Assembly: GCA_964016885.1 (NCBI GenBank)
Contig: OZ024742.1
Coordinates: 32,178,001-32,242,000, forward strand
DNA from: Eledone cirrhosa
Taxonomy: Eukaryota
DNA length: 64,000 bases
Direction: 5' to 3'
Positions 27,027-38,603 of this stretch are shown here, one piece after another. The translations under genes and the position numbers were made by a program. A model generated the notes under the pieces. That model was not told the origin of the DNA and did not search any database. It saw only the letters and a program-made list of their open reading frames with translations. Within the stretch, counting starts at the first letter, position 1. Each line of letters begins with the position of its first letter.

Positions 27027-27529
27027 AGGTTTGAACGTATCGGACATAAGTCCTTCTTCGGGAACTAGCAAGTTCGGAGAGCAAGAGAGAGAGAGAGATG
27101 TACGTGTCTATGTAGTAACTTAGTGAAATATTGGTGGGGGTGGGAAGTATGTGGTGGGGTCGTTGACTGACTAATGATTAAAACCAATAAAAGAATAAAA
27201 TAATTTTTTCTCTGGAACCATTTATTGGTCTGGCTACTGTCACATTTAACTCAATTAACATTGAGATGTTTGACATTTTGCCAGTGAGAGGGATCTGGTG
27301 TCATATTGGTTCTACAGTCAGACTGGAATTAACCAAAACTTGTTTATATCAGCAACAAAACGAAAATATCGAGTTTGTTTCCCCCCCCCCCTCTTCTAAC
27401 ACCCATTGGTGCTGGTACTGGTACCCTAGCTTAAAGAACCTACTAGATAAAACACTGCAAAGGGATAAAACTATACACATTCTCTCTCACACATACACAC
27501 ACACACACACACATATATATAGGGAGGGA

Positions 27530-27575
<46 letters not shown>

Positions 27576-27694
27576 CAGGCAAGCAGACAAACAGATAAAG
27601 AGAGACAGAGTGGTAAACACACGCACAAATATATATATATATGTACATATATATATATATATATGTACATATATATATATATACATATATATAC

Positions 27695-28261
27695 CCGTCT
27701 ATTTCGTTCTTACTGCTTCCTCTTTCTCTGTATCTTTACCCTCTCTAGCAGTCACTCTCTCTGTTAGCCTCTTCTTCACCCTTCACTCACTCATTCTCTG
27801 TTACTACCTCTCTTCCTCCTCCTCCTCCTTCTTCCCGTTTGACCTGTGCGTAATTCTTTTCTTTCGCACCCTTGGTCTGGCAGGTCGCTTTTTTTCTCTC
27901 TCTCTCGTCTACGATTTCACAGAACTTACGTTCACCGAATTCACAGACTAGATCCCTTCTTCCTCCCGTTAGACCTGTACGGAATTCCTTCCTTGCTCAC
28001 ATTCCATCCAGGTTTGATGGTCTTTATTCTCTCTCGTTCACGATTTCACCGAATTTAAATTCATAGAAATTTGGGACTCGACTCCTTCTTCCTCACTTTT
28101 CGTTGCTTCACCATTTTTGTTTGTTTACACTCGTGTCCCCTTTATTTACGTGTCCCAACGACTTTTTTTAGCCGTTGCTCGCACTAACCGGAGGTATATG
28201 GTCTTTAAAGCGATGAAATACCAATGATGGTTGGAAGATCACTGATGAAGGACTAAATTTA

Positions 28262-28266
<5 letters not shown>
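27695..28266 (+). mobile_element. Permuted-hammerhead element, copy 3, the longest (ribozyme motif 28184-28249)
   Basis: ctaacc gga ggta-TA-tggtctt taaagcgat-GAAA-tacc aatgat ggttgg aagatca-CTGATGA. Confidence 0.8.
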
Positions 28267-28307
<41 letters not shown>

Positions 28308-28323
28308 TATATATGTATATATA

Positions 28324-28361
<38 letters not shown>

Positions 28362-28573
28362 TGTGTGTGTGTGTGTATTATATATATGTACACAGAGAGA
28401 GAGGGGGGTCAGACATAGAACAATCGACGGCAGAGGTACTCTACTGGTACATTGTTTATTGACACTGAAAAGATGAAAACTGATGTTAACATCGACAGGA
28501 ATCAGACCTAGAGTATACACACACACACATACACACACACACACACTGTCTGTCCCCCCCCCCCACACACACA

Positions 28574-28606
<33 letters not shown>

Positions 28607-28819
28607 AATTAGTTATTATATCCTAAGTTTATGCTATAACAGAGTGTATATATTAAGAAAAACAAAACTAGCTTTCACGTTTAGCCAATCTATAAAAACT
28701 GCCATCATAGTTTTATGTAAGAAACTTTGTCAAGTCTACAAAATTCAGCAATGCTGGTATAGTCACTGCCTCCGTCTCTTTCGCTTTCCCCATCTCTCGG
28801 ACGCCGCTGCAGGCTTCCC

Positions 28820-29254
28820 TTCCCAGCTCGAGCCGGTGGGGCTGGACTGAAGAGGATGGCAAAAGGCCAGATGGTATGACCATCTTCCCGTTCCGCAGTG
28901 GCAAACCCCTCGTATGGGATGCCACTTGCAGCGACACTTTCTGCAGCCGCCACCTGGTGCAGTCTGTGACTAACCCAGGTACTGCTGCGGGGGGGGGGGG
29001 CTGAGGAGGCGAAACTCTTCAAGTACCGGTCGCTCTCCGACAGGTTTGCGGTTGTACTCTTGGCAGTGGAGACTTCTGGTGTCCTCCGCCCTAGGGCTAC
29101 CTCCCTACTCACCACCATAGGCGCTGAGCTGGCCAGCAGCACGTGTGAGCCTCGCGAGCTGGAATGGCTTTTCCAGCGCGTCTCCCTTACCGTCCTCCGG
29201 GTAAACGCCTTTTCCATTCTGTCCGCCGGGGCTGTGGGGAGGCCACCAATATGA
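28820..29254 (+). pseudogene. Restriction-like endonuclease (RLE) C-terminus of a CRE-clade non-LTR retrotransposon, degenerate
   Basis: With frameshifts and a stop it reads EPVGLD..DGKRPDGMTIFPFRSGKPLVWDATCSDT..AEEAKLFKY..AVETSG..LFQRVSLTVLRVNA. Confidence 0.8.
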
Positions 29255-29346
29255 TTGACCGACTTGTTATCTTATCAGTCAACTGTTGGTGTCGTTAGAT
29301 AACTAGGTATCTGTAGACGAACGTATAGTGAAGGAAAGGCTATTAT

Positions 29347-29475
29347 GAGCGAATGGTGGAGCCACATGTTGGCCGCCCACCAGCCACGAGGCCCCGGTTG
29401 ATAGAATAGAGTGAGCGAGTGGTGGAGCCACATGTTGGCCGCCCAGCAGCCACGAGGCCCCGGTTGATAGAATAG
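29347..29475. repeat. Two-copy ~66-bp tandem duplication
   Basis: gagcga(a/g)tggtggagccacatgttggccgccca(c/g)cagccacgaggccccggttgatagaatag occurs twice. Confidence 0.9.
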
Positions 29476-29782
29476 TGAAGGCGTTTCTCCGAAGGATGTT
29501 GAAGGAGATCGGTTAAGTTACTTGTATAAAACATAACCTGCCTAAGGAAGGAGCCCCGTGAGGTGGAGTGGCTGCTGTAGCGGGTTTCGCTGGCCGATCC
29601 CAGCTCTGACTGGTGTGTAGGGTCTGTCGCTACTTCCGCCTCTTCCCTTCCCTCCTTTTATTTCTTTCCTTTTTCTCCTATTCTTCATTTCCTTATTGCT
29701 TTCTATAAATATTTCTGTAAATAGAGACAACTCAAATACAGCCTTAAAAACAATATATTTATGTGTATATATATATATATAT

Positions 29783-29837
29783 ATATATTGTCTTTAAAGC
29801 GTTGAAATATCCGAGACCCCAGTAGACAACTGATGAG
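29783..29837 (+). ncRNA. Divergent permuted-hammerhead motif
   Basis: ata-TA-ttgtct ttaaagcgtt-GAAA-tat ccgagaccccagt agacaa-CTGATGA-g. Confidence 0.65.
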
Positions 29838-30114
29838 GAAAACAGCCCCCCACCCCACCCCCACGTTCTTGCTTTCTTAATTTTAAGCTTATATCTATCT
29901 ATCTATCTATCTTGATAGAGTAAGACACGCTTCGCATCGGCTCCGCTATTCCATCGGGATTTACCCTTACTATTGTAAGTACCGGATAAATTTTTTAGTG
30001 CAACACATTTGGAACACTAACCCCTGTTATTTAGGGAAACATTTTTGCATTTACCCCCTTTTTAGGGGGTAAAATAAATATCTATTTTTGCCGAAAAATT
30101 TCTTTCTTGGCAGC

Positions 30115-31950
30115 ATGGCGGAAAAGATGGCAGACATGTCTGCCATTAGCTCTGCCACGCCCCCCAAGTCTGAAGAACAAAAAATAATTACAACAAAATT
30201 AGACATTGAAACAAACAAACAAAATGAAAAAACAAATGTTAAGGAAAATGAGCAAACAGAAAACAAACAAACAGAAAATAATACAAATAACGACAGGGCA
30301 ACTTTCGCCCAGAAAACAAAGCAATCCATTACATACACACCAATTGACCTAACTGCCGCCAGAGAAAAACTGGCCGAAGCAAAGAAACATATTGTTTTGG
30401 GGGAGAACGGAATGTTTTCCATTAACTCCCCCCCAGAATTCAAGAAAGCCAGAGCAGAAAACACAGTTATATACAGAACTATACTAAACCAGTCAAGAAA
30501 GCCAGCACAGCCCAGCCAAATGGAAATAGAGTTAGTCCTAAAAGACTATATGAAGAATATTCTCTTCATACGAAAGGACCGACTCTATGGCAGCATTTCG
30601 GTCCTAACAAGAGACAAAGAAACGGCGGTTCAGCTTTCCCTAAGCCCACTCTCGTCGACAACATATAGCTTCTATCCCTCCTACATGGGTAGAAGAACAC
30701 AGAGAATAAAAGTAAAAACAATGCTGCCCACAATGGACTTCTGGTGGGCTATTGCTGGCTTCATTGATATGGGCGAAGACACTATGCTGTCAATGGGGAA
30801 GGCAACTGGAGATGCGTTCCTGGGAATGGGCCTCGACATACTAGTCCAAATGAGGCCCGAAAGAATAGCACAAATCCCGGATCGCATCTGGCTGGATGAC
30901 CTTACCCCAATAGACATAATTGTAGAGGGGAGAAGACCAGCATGCTATTTATGCATGGAAAGGGGACACGTTAAGGCTAACTGCCCGAAACGTATCCCCC
31001 AAAAAGGACTATTGCCCACACCCACCACAAACAGTACACCAGCACCACCCACCTCCAAAAATACACTAATACCACACACAGCAAACAAAATACAGACACC
31101 ACCAACCACAAACACAACACAAACATCACCACCACCAGCACCAAACACAAGCACGACACAAAAATCACCACCACCAACCACAACACAAACATCACCACCA
31201 CCATTACCAACCACAAGCACGACACAAACATTACCACCACCACCACCACAAAACCCATTCCAAACAAATAATAAAAAAAACAGTAACAAATCTACCCCTC
31301 CCGCAAAAAAAAAACAACCACACAACACGTCCCTCCCACCTAGCGCTGAAGAGTTTCCCCCAACTTCTGAAGAAGAAGGAGGAGAAGCCTTCAGACAAGT
31401 TAAAAGAAAAAAAAGAAAACACACACCCAGCACACCACAAATAACCCACACACAAACACCAACTCCAATCAAAAACACCCCACCCTCAACAAACAAAAAT
31501 AAATCTGCGCCTCCCCTCTCCGAAACATTGACAGCATCACAAAAAAAGACGTTGCAATACACATATATAAATAAAGAAAACAAAAAACTGGTTAAATTAA
31601 TAAACAATAACCCTATGGTGCAGACCGAAGGGCCAAACTTTATCTCAACAGAGAACTTCACCCATTTAAAAATGATAAAGGTCCCTCTGGACCTTTATCG
31701 TTCCTTAAAAGAACAATTTAGACGGGACGTGAGCCCCCCCTGTTTAAAACCGTTGAATCGCGTCCTCTTGAAATATTTCCCCATAACCGCCCCTCTCCCT
31801 GACACAACTCCAAATACCCCAACCCCACCACACACGTGTACCCCCACACCACCACAAAACATCCCTCCACCCAACACACCTGATGCCATGGAAATTACGC
31901 AACCCGGAGAGGTAAGTGCTTTTCTTTCTTCACTTTCAACACCAAAATAG
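30115..31950 (+). CDS. LINE ORF1 nucleic-acid-binding protein with CCHC zinc knuckle and Pro/Thr-rich tail
   Basis: Open frame of >600 codons with first ATG at 30115 and the motif CYLCMERGHVKANC. It lies directly upstream of ORF2. Confidence 0.85.
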   Translation: MAEKMADMSAISSATPPKSEEQKIITTKLDIETNKQNEKTNVKENEQTENKQTENNTNNDRATFAQKTKQSITYTPIDLTAAREKLAEAKKHIVLGENGMFSINSPPEFKKARAENTVIYRTILNQSRKPAQPSQMEIELVLKDYMKNILFIRKDRLYGSISVLTRDKETAVQLSLSPLSSTTYSFYPSYMGRRTQRIKVKTMLPTMDFWWAIAGFIDMGEDTMLSMGKATGDAFLGMGLDILVQMRPERIAQIPDRIWLDDLTPIDIIVEGRRPACYLCMERGHVKANCPKRIPQKGLLPTPTTNSTPAPPTSKNTLIPHTANKIQTPPTTNTTQTSPPPAPNTSTTQKSPPPTTTQTSPPPLPTTSTTQTLPPPPPQNPFQTNNKKNSNKSTPPAKKKQPHNTSLPPSAEEFPPTSEEEGGEAFRQVKRKKRKHTPSTPQITHTQTPTPIKNTPPSTNKNKSAPPLSETLTASQKKTLQYTYINKENKKLVKLINNNPMVQTEGPNFISTENFTHLKMIKVPLDLYRSLKEQFRRDVSPPCLKPLNRVLLKYFPITAPLPDTTPNTPTPPHTCTPTPPQNIPPPNTPDAMEITQPGEVSAFLSSLSTPK

Positions 31951-31955
31951 ATCAA

Positions 31956-34900
31956 TTGAGAGTTGGCTGTTTGAACGCGCGTGGCCTGAGCTCAGCTTGG
32001 AAGCAAGCAAAGCTTCTAAGTGACCTCAGGTCACAAAGTATAGATGTGATGGTTGTTTGCGAGAGTCGGATCAGCAGCGTGAGACAGCTGGCGCCCGCCT
32101 TCGATGACTTTGAGATGCACGCATCTCTCTGTCAACCCGGAGGCGGGGGGGGGAGTTGCCGTACTGCTGGATAAACGTCTGACTCTCGACGTACAGATTG
32201 TTCACTCGGACCCGGGGGGTCGATTACTGGTGCTGGACGTCGGAGGTGGTGAAGGCGGGGCTTTCAGACTGGTCGGTCTTTATGCTCCCTTCGGGGCGGA
32301 GAGAGCCGACTTCTTCCAACGTCTGGAGACTTTTCTAGGAACGTCGCGTTCCCTGCTTTTAGTGGGGGACTGGAATGGAATCCTAGATGCGCGTTGGGAC
32401 TATGCAGGGGCATGTCCCGATAGAGGGGGGTGTAGCAGCCTCAAGGGGTTACTCGATCGATTCGACCTGGTCGATAGATTTCGACTAGATTGTCCAACTG
32501 CGCCAACCTGGACCTGGGCAAACCGCAGTGGACAATCTAGATCGTACCTAGATAGGTTTTTGGTTAGGAGTAAGGATAGGGACGTATTTAGTTGTCCAGA
32601 ACTGATCATGGTTGGCTATTCAGATCACAAATTAGTGACCTGCGTGGTCAACCTTGATAGAACGCATAGACAGGGTCCCGGTTACTGGAAGATGAACTTG
32701 TCCTTGCCGGCAAAGAAAGATTACAGGAACCGGATTAGTAGCTTAGTTAAAATGCGGTTGACGGGAGCGATTGTCAACAGTAGGTGGTGGGTATCTCTAA
32801 AGAGAGAGATTAGAGTAAGTTCGATAGGTTACAGTAAGGAACTAGCGGCGAATAGAAATAGGAAGGAAAGGGAGTTAACAGATAAACTAGAAGAGGCGAT
32901 TAGGAGCGGAGACGTAGCCAGAGTGTTAGCGGCGAGAACGGCGTTGAGCCAGTTCTTTGACGCGAAACACGAAGGCTGCGTTGTCCGAAGTAAAATACGT
33001 GCTTTAGGAAACGAGGGGACCAAAGCTGTTAGCTGGGCCCGCGTGACAGAAGCCAAGAGTGGGATTAAATCCACCATTCGGTCTTTGCGAGACCAGGATG
33101 GACGGGTGATCCTTGAACCTGAGCGGATGTGCGAGGCCTTTCAAAGGCACTTTGCTCGACTGTTCGGAGGGGGCGGGGGGCCGGACGGGGATGTGGACTT
33201 CGGTCCATACCTCGACGGTCTACCGCGTCTTTCGAGCGGCGAAGCGGAGTGCTGCGAAAGGCCAATCACAGCCACTGAAATCGGGGAAGCGCTCAGCCAA
33301 TGCAGCAGACGCAAATCTCCGGGTCTCGATGGTCTACCATACGAACTTTATTTAGCTATGCCGGTCTTGTTCTCCGAACTCCTCGAGGCTGTCTATTGCA
33401 ACTGGCAACAGAACGGGAGAATTCCCTGTTCTGTGACCAAGGGCGTGGTCACGCTAGTGAGGAAGGACGAGAGCAAGGGGGACGACTTAAGTAACTTTAG
33501 GCCCATAACTCTGCTGAATGCAGAGTTACAGATTTTGGCCAAGGTGTTGGCGAAGAGGTTGGCGCTTGTGGTGGGTGGTTTGGTGGGAGACGCGCAGACA
33601 TGCGCTATCCCGTCCAGGTCCATTCACGACAACCTCCACCTCATGCGATACATCATAGAGAGGGTTGGCTACGAACCCGGCTTTGGTGGGGCCCTGATCA
33701 ACTTGGATCAATCTAAGGCGTTCGATAGGGTCGACCATGGTTACCTGGATGCGGTGCTAGCGGCGGCGGGCTTCGGACCCGTTTTCAGGGGCTGGATTTC
33801 TGCCATGCACAGTGGCAACATCTACTCTAGGATTAAAGTAAACGGCTACCTCTCGGAGCCGTTTCAAATCACCCGATCCATCAGACAGGGGTGCCCCCTC
33901 TCCTCCCTTCTGTACGTATTGACTCTCGAGCCACTGCTGCGGAAGTTGGAGTTTCTGCGGGGCATACCCCTGGAACCGGGATTGCACAAAGCGGTCTCGG
34001 CCTATGCCGACGACGTAACAGTAATGGTGGCGGACGCCTCGGAAATCGGGGCGATCGCCACCCTACTGGAGGAATACGAAAGGCTGACGGGGGCTAAGCT
34101 GAACCAGGACAAGTCAGTCGGTTTGCAACTCGGAACGTGGAGGGGCAAACCGATGCCGTTAGACGGTGTCGTCGGGCGGTGGACGGAGGGCCCGGTGAAG
34201 CTGCTCGGGGTCTGGTTCGGACCGGACCTCCAGGTGGAGAAGAATTGGGGCGAGGTGACGAGCAGGGTGTTTGCGCTGACCCAGAAGTGGGCCAAGTGCA
34301 AACTATCACTGAAAGGTCGGGCGGAGGTGACGAACGCTTACATAGCGTCCGTCATCTACTACCGCCTGACCGTCGTGCCTTGCCCCAAGGAAAAGCTCAC
34401 CATCATGGAACGCATGCTCTTCCAGTTCCTCTGGAAGAAGCGGCCTCCCATGGTGAGGAGATCCATCCGCTGCCAGCACCCTTCGAAAGGAGGGCTGGGT
34501 ATGCCGTGGCTGTTGATGCGTAGGCACGCATTGAGGCTACGGCATCTACAGGTATTCCTCAACGGTCAGCCGGTGTGGGCCCCGTTTGTGAGGCGAGCCT
34601 TCCCACAGCTCGTCTCGCTCACCGAACTGCAATCCTGGGTGAAGCAAAGACCGAGAAAACTGGGCAACTGGCACACTGAGTGTGCCCAGGCGCTCACGGC
34701 TATCTGGCAAGCGGACCCGACTGTCAGTGGAGAATCCACCTCGACATTCTATAGAGGGTTGGTGGCTAGCAGGGGCGACGACACCCTTGGAGAGTCACTA
34801 GGCATGGAGGAGGACGAACTGGCCAGCCTGTTCGGTAGAACTTTCGGCCCGGGACCCATGGACAACTTCCAGAGGTCCCTAGCCTGGCAGTGTTACCGGG

Positions 34901-35385
34901 GGGCTCTGCCCGTTCGAGAAAAGCTCTACAGACACGGACGCCCGGGCAGGGATCCCGCGAAAAAGATCTGTCCCAGATGCGTGCGCGACGAGGAAACCGT
35001 TGCGCATGCACTGGTACACTGCCCGGGCGTTGCCGATCTGTGGGGCTACGTCGAACGACTGCTGTCGCGTGTGGCGCCGATTCGATTAACCGCCGAGTCT
35101 GTGGTGAACATCAAGCCGCCTCCTCCCTTCAGAAATGAAGCAGAGGCAGTCTTTCTGTGCGTAATAGCCATGATGAAAGAGGTTGTGTGGTGGACGCGCC
35201 TGAAAGGTCTGAGGTCGGGTGACTTTCTCTCCGGCCATCACCTGGTTTACTTCTTCCGATACCACTTCGGAAGAAGAATCAGGATGGAGAGAGAAGTGCT
35301 TGGTCCCAGACAGTTTTATGAAAGGTGGGTGAAAGAAGCGAGAATGGCCCGTGTAAATGGGCCTTCTCTCTACATTGTTCTGTAG
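31956..35385 (+). pseudogene. LINE ORF2 (APE endonuclease, RT and C-terminal zinc finger) with one frameshift in a G9 run at 32145-32153
   Basis: APE: CLNARGL, VCE, GGGVA, GDWN, SYLDRF, SDH. RT: KSPGLDG, FRPITLLN, DQSKAFDRV, QGCPLS, YADD. C-terminal CPRC..ETVAHALVHC. Confidence 0.92.
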
Positions 35386-35645
35386 GTGAAGAAGTGAAGA
35401 GGAAAGGGGGAGCGCCTCCTCTCTGGGCTTCCCCCGCGAAAAGAGTTGCACACTTTTCGGGGGTATGTGCAATCCCCAACACGCCCCCTCCCTTTTGAGG
35501 ACTTTTTATTGTTATATTATTATTGTTATTCCTTTTTTCTTTACTCGATTTATGTAAACTCCCCCACTGTGTAAATGTCCCCTTCTTTTGTGCCCTCGTG
35601 GCAAATAAATAGAAATTTATCTATCTATCTATCTATCTATCTATC

Positions 35646-36159
35646 AAAAACGAAGGAGAGGCGGTTTTCCTTTGTGTGATAGCTATAGCGAAAGAGGTTG
35701 TATGGTGGACAAGGTTGAAAGGGCTGAGGTCAGACACCTTTCTCTCCGGCCAACAACTGATTCTTTTTTTCAAATACCACTTTGGAAGAAGAATCAGGAT
35801 GGAGAGAGAGGTGCTGTACCCCAGCAAGTTTTATGAAAGGTGGGTGAAAGTGGCGAGAATGGCCCGAGTGAATGGGCCTTCTCTCTATATCAGCCTGTAG
35901 GTTGAGGAAAAGGAGGAGGAGAGGAAAGGAGTACAAGCTCTTCGTACTCCTGGAGATGAGGGTTGCACATTTTTTTCGGGGGTCTGTGTTACCCATATAA
36001 ACTGTCTCCCTCTATTGGGGAAAATCGACTAACTTTTAAATTCCATCTGTGATAACATTTTACACGTTTTTATTGTATGTAAACTTCCCCCTTTGTATTT
36101 GTCCCCTTCTTTTGTGCCCCTGTGGCTAATAAAGAAATATAAAAAAAAAAAAAAAAAAT
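35646..36159 (+). mobile_element. 5'-truncated copy of a related Tx1/L1 subfamily with poly(A) tail, between two (TATC)n tracts
   Basis: KEVVWWTRLKGLRS..RMARVNGPSLY parallels the end of the full ORF2. AATAAA and an A-run are followed by TATC. Confidence 0.9.
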
Positions 36160-36190
36160 ATATCTATCTATCTATCTATCTATGTATCTA

Positions 36191-36240
<50 letters not shown>

Positions 36241-36289
36241 CTCACTCTTAGTACATATATTGTTTTTAAGGCTATAAGTTGTGTATATA

Positions 36290-36545
36290 ATAAGAAAATG
36301 CGAAGTAGTTTCAGGTGTTAAAGTCCTTTATTGATAAGGATGTGATACATATTTCAATGACGACAGTAGCCACACAATTCCGTGTACCCAGTGCCGTGAC
36401 ATCATCAGACAGCTTCTTACATAATAAGGTTACGTTCCCGAGGCAATCTCAATTAAAACGACGAGGAAACGGACAAATATGGTGTTCTTGAAGTGTTGGC
36501 TCGTTCCCATGTAAGAAGCTGTCTGATGAGATCATACCACTGGCT
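36290..36545 (-). mobile_element. Degenerate copy of the two-hammerhead inverted-repeat family
   Basis: gatgtgatacatatttcaatgacgac...catcatcagacagc is similar to 20769-20842. Confidence 0.7.
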
Positions 36546-36753
36546 ACACAAACAGGATGATGGCAGATGAAAGAAATTCAAAAGGTCGGAGTGCAACAGA
36601 CAGAGGATTTGCTTCGAAGTCACTAGACGTATTTGAGGAACTTGCGAATCCAGAGTCAGGTTCGATCCACAAATAGAAACAATTGTAATACGTTAATAAA
36701 TTGTGTTTCGATCCATCCCTGATTCTTCGTTTTCCAAATTATATATATATATA

Positions 36754-36821
<68 letters not shown>

Positions 36822-36838
36822 CGCGTGTGTGTGTGTGT

Positions 36839-36890
<52 letters not shown>

Positions 36891-36923
36891 GTGTTTGTGT
36901 GTGTGTTTGTGTGTGTGTGTGTC

Positions 36924-36971
<48 letters not shown>

Positions 36972-37307
36972 CGTAGCAAAATGGAAAAACGGAAAGACGA
37001 CGTAAGGAAAAATGGAAAGACGTAAGGAAGCTGTTAAAACAGCAAAATGCCGTCGAAGTGGCGTTGGGTAAAACATTACCTCGAAGGATAGAAATCAGCA
37101 GCTCGAAAAAATTATGATAGGAAGGGAGAAATAGAATGGATGTGAAGAAATCACAAACATTAAAATACATTCATCAGATATCAGACCACCTGCAGTTTCA
37201 ACGATTTATTTGTTTTAACAGCTTCCTTACGCCGAGTTTTTTTCATTTTCCTACGAATTCTAATACACTCGCGTTTCAAAACTCGATATTCGAGTTAATT
37301 TTGTTTC

Positions 37308-37375
<68 letters not shown>

Positions 37376-37376
37376 G

Positions 37377-37437
<61 letters not shown>

Positions 37438-37446
37438 GTATATAAA

Positions 37447-37491
<45 letters not shown>

Positions 37492-37500
37492 GTATATAAA

Positions 37501-37539
<39 letters not shown>

Positions 37540-37548
37540 GTATATAAA

Positions 37549-37603
<55 letters not shown>

Positions 37604-37604
37604 G

Positions 37605-37658
<54 letters not shown>

Positions 37659-37662
37659 TATG

Positions 37663-37747
<85 letters not shown>

Positions 37748-37781
37748 GTATATAAATATATGTATATATATATATATGTAT

Positions 37782-37865
<84 letters not shown>

Positions 37866-37871
<6 letters not shown>

Positions 37872-38556
37872 AAGGAAAAGCGAAGTAGTTTCAGATTTTC
37901 AAGTCCTTTAATAATAATGCTGTGATATATATTTCAATGGCGACACTGGCCACACTGTTCTGTGTGCGAGTGTCGTGACATCATCAGACAGCTTGTTACA
38001 TAATAAGGTTATGTTTCCGAGGCAATCCAAATTGAATCGACAAATTGAGAGGTAGTATTATGACCTGTAAAAACTAACACTCTCCCACCCCCTCTGGCTT
38101 TCGACTGACTACCACAGTCGTGATAGGTAGCAGTAAACTACGGTACGGGCCATTGTGTCACTGAGAGGCTGAATTGACTAAGCGAATTTCGTTAAAATCT
38201 GCGGTAGCCAACTTCCTTCGGACATGCGCACGCGCAGACCAGTGGGGGTGAATTGGTACTCACAGGAGAACGGGTGATAAACCCAAAAGCACGCATTTCA
38301 TTCGTTCCCATGTCGATTCAATTTGGATTGCCTCGGAAACATAACCTTATTATGTAACAAGCTGTCTGATGATGTCACGACACTCGCACACAGAACAGTG
38401 TGGCCAGTGTCGCCATTGAAATATATATCACAGCATTATTATTAAAGGACTTGAACATCTGAAACTACTTCGCTTTTCCTTATTCGATATTTACTCCGTC
38501 ACTTCTATGTGGAAAAAGTACGTTGAGTGCTTGAATGAATTGCATCAATATTTACC

Positions 38557-38559
<3 letters not shown>
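37866..38559 (+). mobile_element. Inverted-repeat element with an intact hammerhead in each arm (minus 37919-37992, plus 38361-38434)
   Basis: Arms ~37868-38042 and ~38311-38485. gctgt-CTGATGA-..cgacact..agtgtcg..-GAAA-tatata-TC-acagc. Confidence 0.85.

Positions 38560-38601
<42 letters not shown>

Positions 38602-38603
<2 letters not shown>

Larger units (their letters stand above)
29912..35617 (+). mobile_element. Near-full-length Tx1/L1-type LINE inserted in a (TATC)n microsatellite
   Basis: 5' UTR, ORF1, ORF2 and a 3' UTR with AATAAA at ~35604. TATC repeats lie on both sides (29892-29911 and 35618-35645). Confidence 0.92.

Noticed and set aside
30945-31661. Antisense ORFs over the LINE coding regions (also 100-498, 513-914 and 32400-35482)
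   Set aside because: They are shadows of the sense LINE ORFs with no recognisable motifs.
31909-31950. Perfect splice donor GAG|GTAAGT with a pyrimidine tract and AG at the ORF1/ORF2 junction
   Set aside because: The implied intron is only 39 nt, and removing it leaves the ORF1 frame ending at the next TGA, so it would not fuse ORF1 to ORF2.
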